In this document: in pieces, positions 24,420 through 36,631 of the stretch
How positions within the stretch are numbered: the first letter of the stretch is position 1
How the letters are laid out: every line of letters begins with the position of its first letter
From: Pristiophorus japonicus
Taxonomy: Eukaryota
Length of the DNA: 64,000 nt
Direction of reading: 5' to 3'
Assembly: GCF_044704955.1 (NCBI RefSeq)
Contig: NW_027251843.1
Span: forward strand, 1,116,001-1,180,000
Translations under genes and position numbers: made by a program
The notes under the pieces: generated by a model
Database searches by the model: none
Seen by the model: only the letters and a program-made list of their open reading frames with translations
What the model was told of the DNA's origin: nothing

Positions 24420-27400
24420 TAAGAACATAAGAAATAGGAGCAGGAGTCCATTTGGCCCCTCGAGCCTGCTCCACCTTTCAATGAGATCTTGGCTGATCTG
24501 ATCGTGGACTCAGCTCCACTTCCCTGCCTGCTCACCATAACCCTTTATCCACTAATTGTTCAAAAATCTGTCTATCTCTGCCTTAAATATATTCAATGAC
24601 CTAGCCTCCACAGCTCTCTGCGGCATGAGAATTCCACAGATTTACAACCCTCTGAGAGAAGAAATTCCTCCTCATCTCAGTACTAAATAGGCGACCCCTT
24701 ATTCTGAAACTATGCCCTCTAGTTTTAGTTTCCTCTATGAGTGGAAATATCCTCTTTGCATCCACCTTGTCAAGCCCTCTCATTATTTTATATGTTTCGA
24801 GAAGATCAACTCTCATTTTTCTGAACTCCAATGAGTATAGGCCCAACCTATTCAACAAGTCTTCATAAGTCAACCCCCTCAGCTCCGGAATCAACCTAGT
24901 GGGCCTCCTCTGAACTGCCTTCAATGAAAGGATATGCTTTCTTAAATTTGGAGAACAAAACTGCACACAGTACTCCAGGTCTCCAAATACCCTGTACAAT
25001 TGTAGCAGGACTTCCCTGATTTTATACTCCACCCGCCTTGCAATAACGGCCAACATTCCATTTGCTTTCCTGATTACCTGCTACATTCTAAATGTTTGTG
25101 TTTCATGCACAGGACCCCCAAATCCCTCTGTACTGCAGCAGTTTGAAATTATTCTCCATTTAAAAAATAATTTGCTTTTCTATTCTTTCTGTCAAAGTGG
25201 ATAACCTCACATCTACCTGACCTGCTGCCTTCAGGTATCTGTGGATATGTCCCTTTGTTCTTCTACACTACTCTGTATCCTACAATTTAATGTGTATTCC
25301 CTTGCCTTGGTAGCCCTCCCCAAATGCATTACCTCACACTTCTCTGGATTAAATTCTATTTGCCACTGTTCTGCCCACCTGACCATTTCATTGATATCTT
25401 CCTGCAGTCTGCAGCTTTCTTCTTCATTATCAGCCACACGGCCGATTTTAGTATCATCTGCAAACTTCTTTATCATGCCCCCTACATTCAAGTCTAAATC
25501 ATTGATATATACCACAAAAAGCAATGACCTTGTACTGAGCCCTGCGGAACCCCACTGGAAACAGCCTTCCAGTCATTAAATCACCAACCATTACACTTTG
25601 CTTCCAGCCTCTGAGCCAATTTTGGATCCAACTTGCCACTTTGCCCTGGATCCCAAGGGGTTTCACTTTCATGACCAGTCTGCCATATAGGACCTTACCA
25701 AAAGTCTTGCAAAAATCTATCTACACTACATCATACGCACTGCCCTCATCAACCCTCCTTATTACTTCCTTGATGAATTCAATTCAGTTAGTCAGACACG
25801 ACCTTCCCTTTACAAATCCATGCTGACTGTCCTGGATTAATCCATGTCTTTCTAAATGAAGATTTATCCTGTCTCTCAGAATTTTTTCCAATAACTTTCC
25901 CACCATGAGGTTAGGCTGACTGGCCTGCAATTACTCGGTCTATCCCTTTCTCCCTTTTTAAACAAAGGTACAACATTAGCAGTCCTCCAGACCTCTGGCA
26001 CCAAACGTGTAGTCAGAGAGGATTGGATAATGTTGGTCAGAGCCTGTGCTATTTTCTCTTTTGCTTCACTTAACAGCTTGGGATACATTTTATCAGGGCC
26101 AGGGGATTTATCCACTTTCAAAGCTGCTGAGCCCCTTAATACTTCCTCTCTCACGATGTTTATTTCATCTAATATTTCACACTCCTCCTCCCTGATTGCA
26201 ATGTCTGCATTGCCTCTCTCTTTTGTGAGAACAGACAGAAAGTATTCATTCAGAAACATACCCACGTCTTACGCCTCCACACACAGATTACCTTTATGGT
26301 ATCGAATAGGCTCTACACTTTCTTTAATTATCCTCCTGCTCTGAATGTATTTATAAAACATCTTTGGGTTTTCCTTGATTTTACTTGCCAAAATGTTTTC
26401 ATGCTCTCTCTTTGCTTTCCTAATTTCCTTTTCAATTGCACCCTGCACTTTCTATACTCCTCTAAAGTTCCTGCAGTATTGAGCCCTCGGTATCTGTCAT
26501 AAGCCTCCCTTTTTTACTTTATCCTACACTGTATATCCCTTGACATCCAGGGACCCGAGGATTTTTAGTCCCACCATTTTTCTTTAAGGGAACAGACTTA
26601 CTCTGAAACCACAGTATTTCTTCCTTGAATGCCTCTCATTGCTCTGACACTGATTTACCATCAAGTAGCTGTTTCCAGTCCGCTTTGGCCAAATCTCATC
26701 TCAGCTCAGCAAAATTGGCTTTTCCCCAATTGAGAACTTTTATTCCTGGTCTATCTTTGTCCTTTTCCATAACTGCACTAAATCTAACTGAATTATGATC
26801 ACTGGCGCCAAAATGCTCTCCCACTGATACCCCTTCCACCTGCCCCTCTTCATTCCCCAAAACCAAGTCCAGATCCGTCCCCTCCCTTGTTTGGACTTGT
26901 TACATACTCACTGATAAAATTCTTCTGAATGCATTTAAGAACGATCCAGTCCAGAGGGTTCCCACGCAGAAGATGCAGTCATGTGTGGCTGCTCAGCCAA
27001 TCAGGTTGGTAGTTCACAGGTTCCCATTAATAGCACTGAGACTCGCGTATCTACCAGTTCTCAGTGCTATCAATGGTGACAAAACCAAACACACAAAATA
27101 ATAAAAACTAAAAAACAGACCACAGATATTTAAAATTATTTGAAATTAAAGTTATTGTGTCTTATAGAAATAAAATATGTTCCCGATTGCTAAAAAAGTT
27201 TTTTTAATTATGGTAATAAACTTACTGTAGTGGGGAGGTTTTTGAACAATAAACTATATGTCTATAATTTTATTTTACAATTGTTTCTGTATGTTTTAAA
27301 GCACTTACGCCTGTAAAAGTAGGCTATGATTTTTGAGGACATTTGCTGGGCAAGATATGGATAAATAGTCCCATCTTGCCCATACAAATGTCCTCGCTCA

Positions 27401-28790
27401 TGATCTGGCTACGATCTCTCCAGCTCCAGCTTGACAGATCGGAAAAGCAGGTTTTCAGTGCATGTGCATTGCACGCTGAAAACCGGCTTTTCTGATGCCT
27501 TCCCGGGTCCGTAGAAACTACGTACGGGCCCGGACACGTCAGAATTTCCATCCCAATATCGTTCTCTCAATTGTCTATCTGTGCTCTCAGCTCATCTGCA
27601 ATATTCACTATACTCCTTGCATTGAAGTATATACCATTGAGCAATGCCAACCATCTTTGCTGTCTATTTTCTGGGCTTTGTTTCCTCTGTCTTCCAAATT
27701 TACTTACTACTTTTCTGCTTTCCAATTCCAGATTTGCTTCTCTCCCCACTGAATCTATTCTCCGGTTCCCATCACCCTGCCAAGCTAGTTTAAACCCTCC
27801 CCAACAGCACTAGCAAACCCCCCCACGAGGATATTGGTCCCGGCTCTGTTGACGTGTAACCCGTCCGACTTGGACAGGTCCCACCTCCCCGAGAAATGGT
27901 CCCAATGCCTCAGGAAACTAAAGCCCTCCATCCTGCACCATCTCTCCAGCCACACATTCATCTGCTCTATCCTCCTATTTCGGTACTCACTAGCACGTGG
28001 CACCGGGAGTAATCCGGAGATTACTACCATTGCTGTGTTGCTTTTTAATCTAGCTCCCTAAACTCTGCCTGTAGGACCACATACTTCTTTCTACCAATGT
28101 CATTGGTATCGATATGGACCACAATCTCTGGCTGTTCACCCTCCCCCCTCAGAATGTACTGCAGCCAATCAGTGCCATCCTTGACTTTGGCACCAGGCAG
28201 GCAACATACCATCCTGGAGTCACGTCTGCGGCCACAGAAATGCCTGTCTGTTCCCCTAACTATCGAATCCCCTACCACTATTGCTCTTCCACTCTTCTTC
28301 CTCCCCGCTGTGCAGCTGAGCCACCCGTGGTGCCGTGGACTTGGCTCTGGCTGCACTTCCTAGAGGCACCATCGCCCCCACCAGTACTCAGAACACAATA
28401 CTGGTTGGAGAGTGAGATGGACTCAGGGGACTCCTGCACTACCTGCCTGGACCTCCTCTTCTGTCTGGTGGTCACCCATTCCCTCTCATGCCTGCACACT
28501 CTTAAGCTGAGTGGTGGCCACCTCTAGAAACGTGCTATCCACGAAGTTCTCAGCCTCGCGGATGCACCGCAGTGACTCCAGCCGCCGCTCAATCTTCGAA
28601 ACGCGGAGCTCGAGTTGCTGTAACTGGTGACACTTCCTGCACATGTGGTCGTCCAGGCCACGAGAAGCGTCCAGGACTTCCCACATGGCACAGGATGTGC
28701 ATTCCACGGGACAGAACTGCCCTGCCATGCCTCTATTTAATAGACTGAGAACTAACTTAGCAGAAATAATATTAAAACTAAAAAAAAGCA
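24420..28790 (-). mobile_element. CR1 LINEs: 3' fragment (24420-25215) and a long copy with ORF1 (zinc finger plus SGNH esterase) and ORF2 (25215-28790)
   Basis: CTSCAMWE..CRKC, AIVVGDSIVRG, SDGLHVNRAG and KFADDTK. Interrupted by non-CR1 sequence at about 26940-27555. Confidence 0.92.
26940..27555. mobile_element. Non-autonomous DNA transposon (MITE-like) fragment inside CR1
   Basis: Absent from the inverted paralogous CR1 at 61.9-62.4 kb. AT-rich centre; ends in aatttccatccc. Confidence 0.5.
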
Positions 28791-28894
28791 AATAATGGCC
28801 TAGCCTACATCATCCTGGCCATAATTTCTGGATTTGTTCACCCCACTGAGGGCGAACACCGTCGATGGGCCATTAATGAGCCTTAAGTTTCCAG

Positions 28895-29815
28895 CTCAGT
28901 CAGCTGTGGCTCAATGAGCAGCACACTCACCTCTGAGTCCGAAGGTCCACTCCAGAATAGGAGGATAGAGCAGATGAATGCGTGGCTGGAGAGATGGTCC
29001 ACTCCAGAGACTCTCAGAAATCCACACTGACAGTCCCAGTGCAGAACAGAGGTAGTGACGCACTGTCGGAGGGGCCGTCTTTCAGGCGAGAGGTTAAACC
29101 AAGGCCCCATCTGCTCTCTCAGGTTGGCGTTAACGATCCCATGCCAATGTTTTGAAGAAGAGCAGGGGAGTTCTCCCCAGTGTCCTGGTCAATATTTATC
29201 CCTCAATCAACATCACAAAAACAGACTGAGGATGAAATTCCCCCGCTGTGTGCCTGCCATTAGTGCCTCCGGAGGGCGCTTACGGGCTGTGACTGTGTTT
29301 TCCCCGAGGGTATGGAGTGGGGGCGGGGGGGAGACACGAAACGGAGAGTGCCCCGTGAGCCGTGTCCGCACCAGGCCTGTGGGTCACGAACCGGGCCGCA
29401 TTTCACTCACGGGGTGAAAGTTACAGGCAGTGCGCGCCTCTGCGCCCCGACATTTGTTTTGGACAACTAACCGGTCAGGCCTTTCTATGCCGATTTGACG
29501 GGGTCAGTGCCGCAATGGTGCAGCCTGACACTGGCCCCTGAGCCCGCCCCCAGGGGAAATGCTGTACACCACATTGCACTCCACTTCCTGTCAGGGGCTG
29601 TGACCCCAATTTTGTTTCCGGGGCGGTAGTTCGGCATGGAAAAGTTATAATTTGGGCCCAAAGTAACTTGTGGGAGCTTGCTGTGCACACACTGTCTGTC
29701 GTGTCTCCTCCATTACCACAGCGACTACACTTCAAAAGTACTTCATTGGCTGTAAAGCTCTTTGGGACGTCCTGAGGTAGTGAAAGGCGCTATATAAATG
29801 CAAGTCTTTCTTTCC
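28895..29815 (+). mobile_element. Deu-domain SINE interrupted by a MITE-like insert (about 29228-29665)
   Basis: tRNA head and Deu core, with the SINE body resuming at tgtgggagcttgctgtgc near 29669. Confidence 0.75.
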
Positions 29816-31227
29816 AATTCAGCTCTACATCTTTGAAACACAAACCCGCGGACAGTGACGGACAGGTAAAAACCCTGTGGTCAATCCAGCCCGTCCCACA
29901 CATTTGTGATACCTTGTGTATCACAGTATAGACTCTCCACCCCACCCAAAACTACCTGATCTCCTGGGAGAGGCAAAAAACCAGGGAAAAAACCCATTGG
30001 GGGAAATAAATCTGGGAAACTCCTCTCCGACCCCCGCCCCCGCCACCAGGCGATGGAAACTAGTCCAGGAGGTGACTGTGGCCCTGAATTCCCTGCAGTA
30101 ACGACCTTCTGTAAGTGGTGATCTCCGCACCGGCCACAAACAGGTCCTGCTCTCGCTTAGGTACAGCTCATGGATTTAAAATTACAAGCTTTCCCCAGAG
30201 TGTCAAGTGCTGCAAATACTGTGTTACATTATCAGGGTTATATTCTCGCTGTCTGTCATTGTCACAACACTCGCTATATAAATGCAAGTTGTTGTTGTGT
30301 TCAGGGGCCGCTGTATCTGGCTCAGGCTTCTTATCCATTCCCCCCTTCCCTTCCCCCTCCATTGGGGCCGTGCCTTCAGCTGCCTGGGTCCTAACTCCCT
30401 GCTCCCTAAACCTCTCTGACACTCCACCCCTCTCCTCTTTTAAGACCTCCCTTCAAACCCAATCTGTGACTGAGCGTTTTGATCACCCTCCCAGCCCCTC
30501 CCGCTTTGGCTCAGCACCACTTTGACCAGATTACGCCTCTATCAGCTGCCTTGGGATGTTGTTCTAATGTTCCAGTTGCTATAGCAATGCAGGTTGTTGC
30601 TGCTGTACCTGGCGGCAGAGCGGCTCTGTGTGGTTATACCCTGTGTACAGAGCTCTGCGGTGAGGCCTTCCACAGTGGAATGGCCTGCCGATGCTCGCTG
30701 CAGTGCGGAGTGGCTGCTGACCCACCAATCGGTCTGAGACACCGTCTCACGAGCGGACGAGTAGATACACGCTGAGATCCACCATCAAATGACACGTGGG
30801 GAACTGGAAATGATTCTGCAAACCTGACTGGAGGTTTGGTACAAACGGGTTTTACAAACCAATCAATTGAGTGACACACAAATTGTCAAAAAATGTGGTC
30901 TTTTCAGAACCAACATCGCCCCCTTTTGGTATGAAGGCAGCACTGACAATTTCCCTCACAATTTGACTGAACTGCAATTTTCAATGTCTCCTTACGTGGC
31001 TCGCTGTCAATCTTTATTCTATAACGCTCCTGTGAAGCGCTCGGGGAGTTTTACTGTGTTAAAGGTGCTGTATAAAAGTTGCTGTTGTTGTTTGTTCTAA
31101 GTTAGCTGTTCCAACTGAGGTCGGGATATGACTCACAGTCAGACTGTGCGGCATCCAGTGATGCAATGTTGTATCGTGGGTTCAAGCCACACTCCAGGGA
31201 CCTGAGTGTAAAATAAAGACATACATT

Positions 31228-31614
31228 ACTGTGCAGTCCTGAGGGAGTGCTGCACTGTCAGAGGGGCAGTACTGAGGGAGTGCTGCACTGTCAGAGGGGC
31301 AGTACTGAGGGAGTGCTGCACTGTCAGGGGGGCAGTACTGAGGGAGTGCCGCACTGTTGGAGCGTCAGTACTGAGGGAGTGCCGCAATGTTGGTGGGGCA
31401 GTACTGAGGGAGTGCCGCACTTTCGGAGCGTCAGTACTGAGGGAGTGCCGCAATGTTGGTGGGGCAATACTGAGGGAGTGCCACACTGTCAGAGTGACAG
31501 TACTGAGGGAGTGCCGCACTGTCAGATTGGCAGTACTGAGGGGCTGCCGCACTGCCGGAGGGGCAGTTTTGAGGGAGTACCGCACTATCGGAGAGGCAGT
31601 ACTGAGGGGGTGCC
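31228..31614 (+). repeat. 33-bp minisatellite (about 12 copies) expanded inside a SINE head
   Basis: Unit is approximately cagtactgagggagtgccgcactgtcggagggg. A B-box gggttcaagcc lies upstream near 31178. Confidence 0.9.
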
Positions 31615-33684
31615 TGTAGGTGGTTTTCTCGGGCGTAACACAAATGCACCTCCTACTACAAGTTCTGGACGATAGGATTATATGGACAGATCAGACTCGG
31701 ACACATTTTTTTCAGGCTCAACTGTATTATGTTTAATAAGATTAACAACACTCATAAACAGTGCAAAACAGTACAACCCTGGCTTGTCCAATAAGCCCTG
31801 CCGTGCTAAGTTACCACGGCTTAATAAAAGAACCCTCCCGTGAAATAAACTAACACAGGACCCCCCCAGCACTAAACCCCTTGGGTTTGGTTGGGACTTA
31901 CAATCACCCCCTCACACAGCTAAGTGGTCTTGCAGATGTGTAGGCGCAGGCAATATGCTCACACTGATTGCCCGATGTCTTGCTTGCAGCTTCTTCCTGA
32001 ACGTCTCACTCCTGGGTTTTTTCTGAGCTTTTTCCTGGGCTTTTACCTGAGCTTTTTCCGTAGCGTTCTTCCTCCTGAGCTGGAGCTTTTTGCAAAGCGG
32101 CTCCTTATATCCCCAAAACCCATCACCATTCCTCCCGCCAATAATGACCGATGGATTGACTCCGGTGATCTGTTTGGACCCCCCACCTCCCCGTGTCCTG
32201 GAGCAGCTCGTAGCCTTTGAAATCTTTGTGAAAAATTGTGTTTTGTTTTCCCGCTCCCAGGCCTTGCATCTGGAGAGACAATGGGTGCTGATTACTGGAT
32301 GTCTGTCGTTTCCTGAGTTGATGGCCCCCATTAGCAGGTAATGGGTTTCGATCACAAACTGATCTTGCTTAACCGGCTTATCTTCTGGAAGACAATGGCC
32401 CGGCCATTTCCTGTCCTGCACCAGTTTGGGTTGGGACTGAGTGGTGACTGTGCTTTAATAATGCGAAGGCACAGTGTCTCTGAGTTACCTCTCGGGGTAT
32501 TGTTCCCAGGAATCACTTTAGATGGTGATGACATCAATGGGCCTGGGTTCCCTGCCACCCAGCCTGTCAGTGTGAAATGTCCGGTTGTATATGAATGCAC
32601 CTCAGTGCCACCCCCACAAGCTCGCCAAACAGGACAGTTCTTTCTTGGGGATTTGGATTTAAGGATTTAAAGTATTGTTGATAGAAATGGCCAGAAAGCT
32701 GGAGCTACAATTCTTCACCTCTCCACTCACCCCCCCGCCCCCCAGGACAATAACGTATGTTCTTCAACGCTCCCCTCCCTCTCTCTCCTCTTCACCACCC
32801 CCACCCCTGTGGACAATAATGGTATGTTCCGCATCTCTCCCTCTCCTCTCGCCCCCCCGCCCCCTCCCCCGGGGACAATAATGGTATGTTCCTCACCTCT
32901 CCCCATTCGCTCCCTCCCCCAGGGAAAATAATGGTATGTACTCACCTCTTCTCCCCCCACGATGAAAACAATTGTATGTTCCTCACCTCTCCTTCTCCTC
33001 TCGCCCCCGGGGAAAATAGTGGTATGTTCCTCACCTTTCCCTCTCCTCTTGCCCCCCTCGGGGACAATAATGGTATGTTCCTGTTGGTTCCCCTGGATCA
33101 TTCTCAGTTACTGAGGAAGTCCATGTAGCCCCTGTTGGGTTCCCCTGGATCATTCTCAGTTCCTGAGGAAGTCCATGTAGCCCCTGTTGGGTTCCCCTGG
33201 ATCATTCTCAGTTCCTGAGGAAGTCCATGTAGCCCCTGTTGGGTTCCCCTGGATCATTCTCAGTTCCTGAGGAAGTCCATGTAGTCCCTGTGGGGTTCCC
33301 CTGGATCATTCTCAGTTACTGAGGAAGTCCATGTAGCCCCTGTTGGGTTCCCCTGGATCATTCTCAGTTACTGAGGAAGTCCATGTAGCCCCTGTGGGGT
33401 TCCCCTGGATCATTCCCAGTTACTGAGGAAGCCTCGGCAGATCCAATACGTGGGAATACCGAGTGCAGTGTTGAACAACAGGACCTGGTGACCTGCTCAC
33501 TGTTTCCATCCAGGTGCAGCAACACCATGACCCTCCGATTCCCCCCATGGCCAAGTTCCCCAGCACACTGAGCGCTTCAGCCCACACTTTATCACACGGC
33601 ATCGCAGAGCGGTTGGATCCTTGCGTGGGTTTTGTCTACAAACAGTTGGATGGTGTCTGCTCTCAACTGGATTATGTTCTTACA
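31615..33684 (-). mobile_element. Probable long solo LTR with internal tandem arrays
   Basis: On the minus strand it begins TGTAAG and ends aaaccacctaca; the provirus LTR at 35360-39481 begins TGTAAG and ends aaactacctaca. An ATTAAA signal lies about 115 bp from the end. No TSD found. Confidence 0.55.
33080..33432. repeat. 52-bp tandem repeat, about 7 copies
   Basis: gatcatt recurs at 33096, 33148, 33200, 33252, 33304, 33356 and 33408. Confidence 0.95.
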
Positions 33685-33721
33685 GAGGCTCGACAGCGCC
33701 TCCTTCTGGTTCTGTTTTTCC

Positions 33722-34390
33722 CAACAACAACTTGTATTTATATAGCGCCTTTAACGTAGTGAAACATCCCATGGTGCTTCACAGGAGTATTATGCGATAT
33801 AAATTTGAAACTGAGCCGCATAAGTAGAAATTAGCGCAGGGAGATAGAGTTTAAGGAGCATCTTGAAGGAGGAAAGAGAGGTAGAGAGGTGGAGAGGTTT
33901 AGGGAGGGAGTTCCAGAGCTTGGGACCCAGGCAACAGAAGGCATGGCCACCAATGGTTAAGCGATTATAATCAGGGGGGCACAATTAGAGGAGCTCAGAC
34001 ATCTCGAGGGGGTTGTGGGGCTGGAGGAGATTACAGAGATAGGGAGGGGCGAGGTCATGGAGCGATTCAAAAATAAGGATGTGAAATTTGAAATTGAGGC
34101 ATTACTTAACCAGGAGCCAATGTAGGTCAGTGAGCACAGGGGTGATGGGTGAGCGGGACTTGGTGCAAGTTAGGACACGGGCAGCAGGGTTTTGGATCAC
34201 CGCTAGTTTACGTAGAATAGAATCTGGGAGACCAGCCAGGAGAGCTTTGGAATAGTCGAGTCTAGAGGTAACAAAGGCATGGATGAGGGTTTCAACAGCG
34301 GATGAGCTGAGGCAGGGGTGGTGACGGGCGATGTTACGGAGATGGAAATAGATGGTCTTAGTTATGCTGCGGATGTGTGGTCGAAAGCTC
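33722..34390 (-). mobile_element. L2 LINE 3' fragment
   Basis: YFHLRNIAR..ETLIHAFVTSRLDYS..ITPVLTDLHWL, followed by an L2-type tail. Confidence 0.9.
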
Positions 34391-36631
34391 AGACTAATCA
34401 ATGTGCCCGTCACTTTATGAGAACAGTAATGGGCTCCAATTGTAAAGTTGCCCAGGCCCGTGACACACAGCAACTGGACAAGTGTAGAGCAAACACCCCA
34501 ACAATCTGCTCACCAGCGTGTCTGTGAGCTGCAGCTGTGAAACCCGTGGAGATTTGAACAACTCTCCGCAGGAGGAAGCCACGGTGATTGGCTGACAGTC
34601 TGGGACGGTAAGGATCGGAGCTGCCTGCCCTTCCACAATGCCAGGCAGGCTGAGGCCAGCGTATTTCACCATTGCTCTGGCCGGCAGGACAGCCTCCTTG
34701 CCGGACTTGCCCAGGTCCATCATCTGATCCCATCCCCCACTTTTCACCGTGTCCTTACTGACTGTTTTATTATTGGTCGGAGCCAGTGGGTCCTTTAGTG
34801 CCCCCACACAGTCCATGCCCATCTCTGCTTCTCCATGTTTCACACCCAGCTGAGCAATCTCTCTGCTTGGATTTGCCGTGGGGAGCAGTACCATTGAGCA
34901 GAGAAACATTAACACAGGGGTTGAGATGAATGAGCAGGGGGCAGAATAACAGCGGGAATAATGTAGTCACCACCACTGCCAACTCGGGCTTAGTGTTCAG
35001 ACGGCAGCCAGGGATCGAAGGTTTAAATAGATTGAAGCTCTCTCCTCATTGCTCTCTCTGGCACAAATGCACAGTCTGTAGCACTTTGCTGTGATTGGTC
35101 CACCCCTGCGGTTTCTGTGTTGCCATGGTTTCCATTGTGAGGCCAGGGGACATGAGCCCTCAGTGGTGATGTGTCCCGCGGGGGGTCATGTGCCCATATA
35201 AGTCCTGCCTGCTGTGTGTGTCAGTTTAAGGTGGGTGTTGGAGGTGGGAGAGGGGCGGTGTTGGGGGATGGAGAGGAGTTGTGTTGGGGGCGGGAGTTGG
35301 GGGCGGTGTTGGGGTTGGGCGAGGGGCGGTTTTGGGGGTGGGAGAGGTGAGGTGTTGTGTGTAAGGTTACCAACCTTCAGAAAAGCACAGAAGGAGACCA
35401 TGAAGTAAAAATTGCTTAATACAAGCTTTTGGAATTTAATACCAGCTTTTGGAATGAAGCTGGACAATTAATGACATTCTGTGGTCAGGGACCAAAACTG
35501 ACTCCATGCATAACAAGAATGGAGTTGTTACGTGAGGCCCTGAACTTGATTGACCAGGGTGGGGAACACAAGCTCACTGGAGACACCAAGGGCTAAAACC
35601 TCCACTTTTGAGCTTAGCACCCAAAAATCGGCGTGATTTCCGGCGTGTGTGGTAAAAAAGGATTTTCAGATCGCCGGCTTCTCGCCCATTCTCAAAACAT
35701 TTAGTTTACATCTTTGAAAATGGCCGTTATCGCGAACGAGTTCAAATGGGCAGCAGCGTAAAATTTTTCTGACCTTCTGTTGTAAAGTGTGGTCGTCCTT
35801 AGCAACAGCATGGGAATGGTCCATTCCCTCGATTCTGGAGGTCAAGGGTAACCATGACATACGCAGAAGAGGAGACAGAGAGAGAGGGAGCTCAGAGGCA
35901 CTGAAAGCGTGTGTGGCTGTGGTGTGTGCTTGTCTGGCTGTTGTGGGAGGCACGAGGGAGATTCACCAGCAGCAAAAAGCGCACTAAGCACCAAGAACAT
36001 AGTTGGCATCGAGTTTTAGTCCCACAAATAACATATAAAATGTAAGGGATGGAGGAGGCCCTGGAGCTGGTAGCCAGGAACACTGGTGGCAGAGGGCTCC
36101 CAGTGATCCCGGAGCGCCGCACTACACCCCAAGGTGAAGCAACCCCATTGCCAACCACACATGAGAGCCAGGAGCAACATCTCGCTTCTGGCTCGAAGCA
36201 CGTTCCCACCTTGGGACCATCTTCTCCCATATCCGTCCAAGCAGTGCTTTGTCCATCACCACCCACCTCCCAATGAAGCATCGCCTGAGAACCTCCGCGG
36301 TCAGGCGGCTTGGAGTCAGAGGGGGAAGGGGAAGGGGTAGAGTTGGGGAGGAGAAGCGGGGTGGGTGGGGGGAAGGGTTGGTTTGTACAGAAATACTGAT
36401 GATTTCAGACTAATGTTTGGTTTAAATGTTTTTTATTGAACCAAACCTTGCAGCACATTGGCTCAGATAGCTGTACCGTTACACGCTGGTGATTTGTTAA
36501 CATCAAAGGATATAATCACACTCAACTTCAATCAAAGTAAACTTTAACAGTCACCAAGGTGATGCCCATGATTAATTTATGACCTGCACACCCAGCAGTG
36601 TGTCAGCTGTGGAAATAACACCAACGTTCTT

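Noticed and set aside
33080-33432. Regular repeats here and at 31228-31614 as CRISPR arrays
   Set aside because: The units are head-to-tail with no unique spacers, there are no cas genes, and the context is a vertebrate genome.
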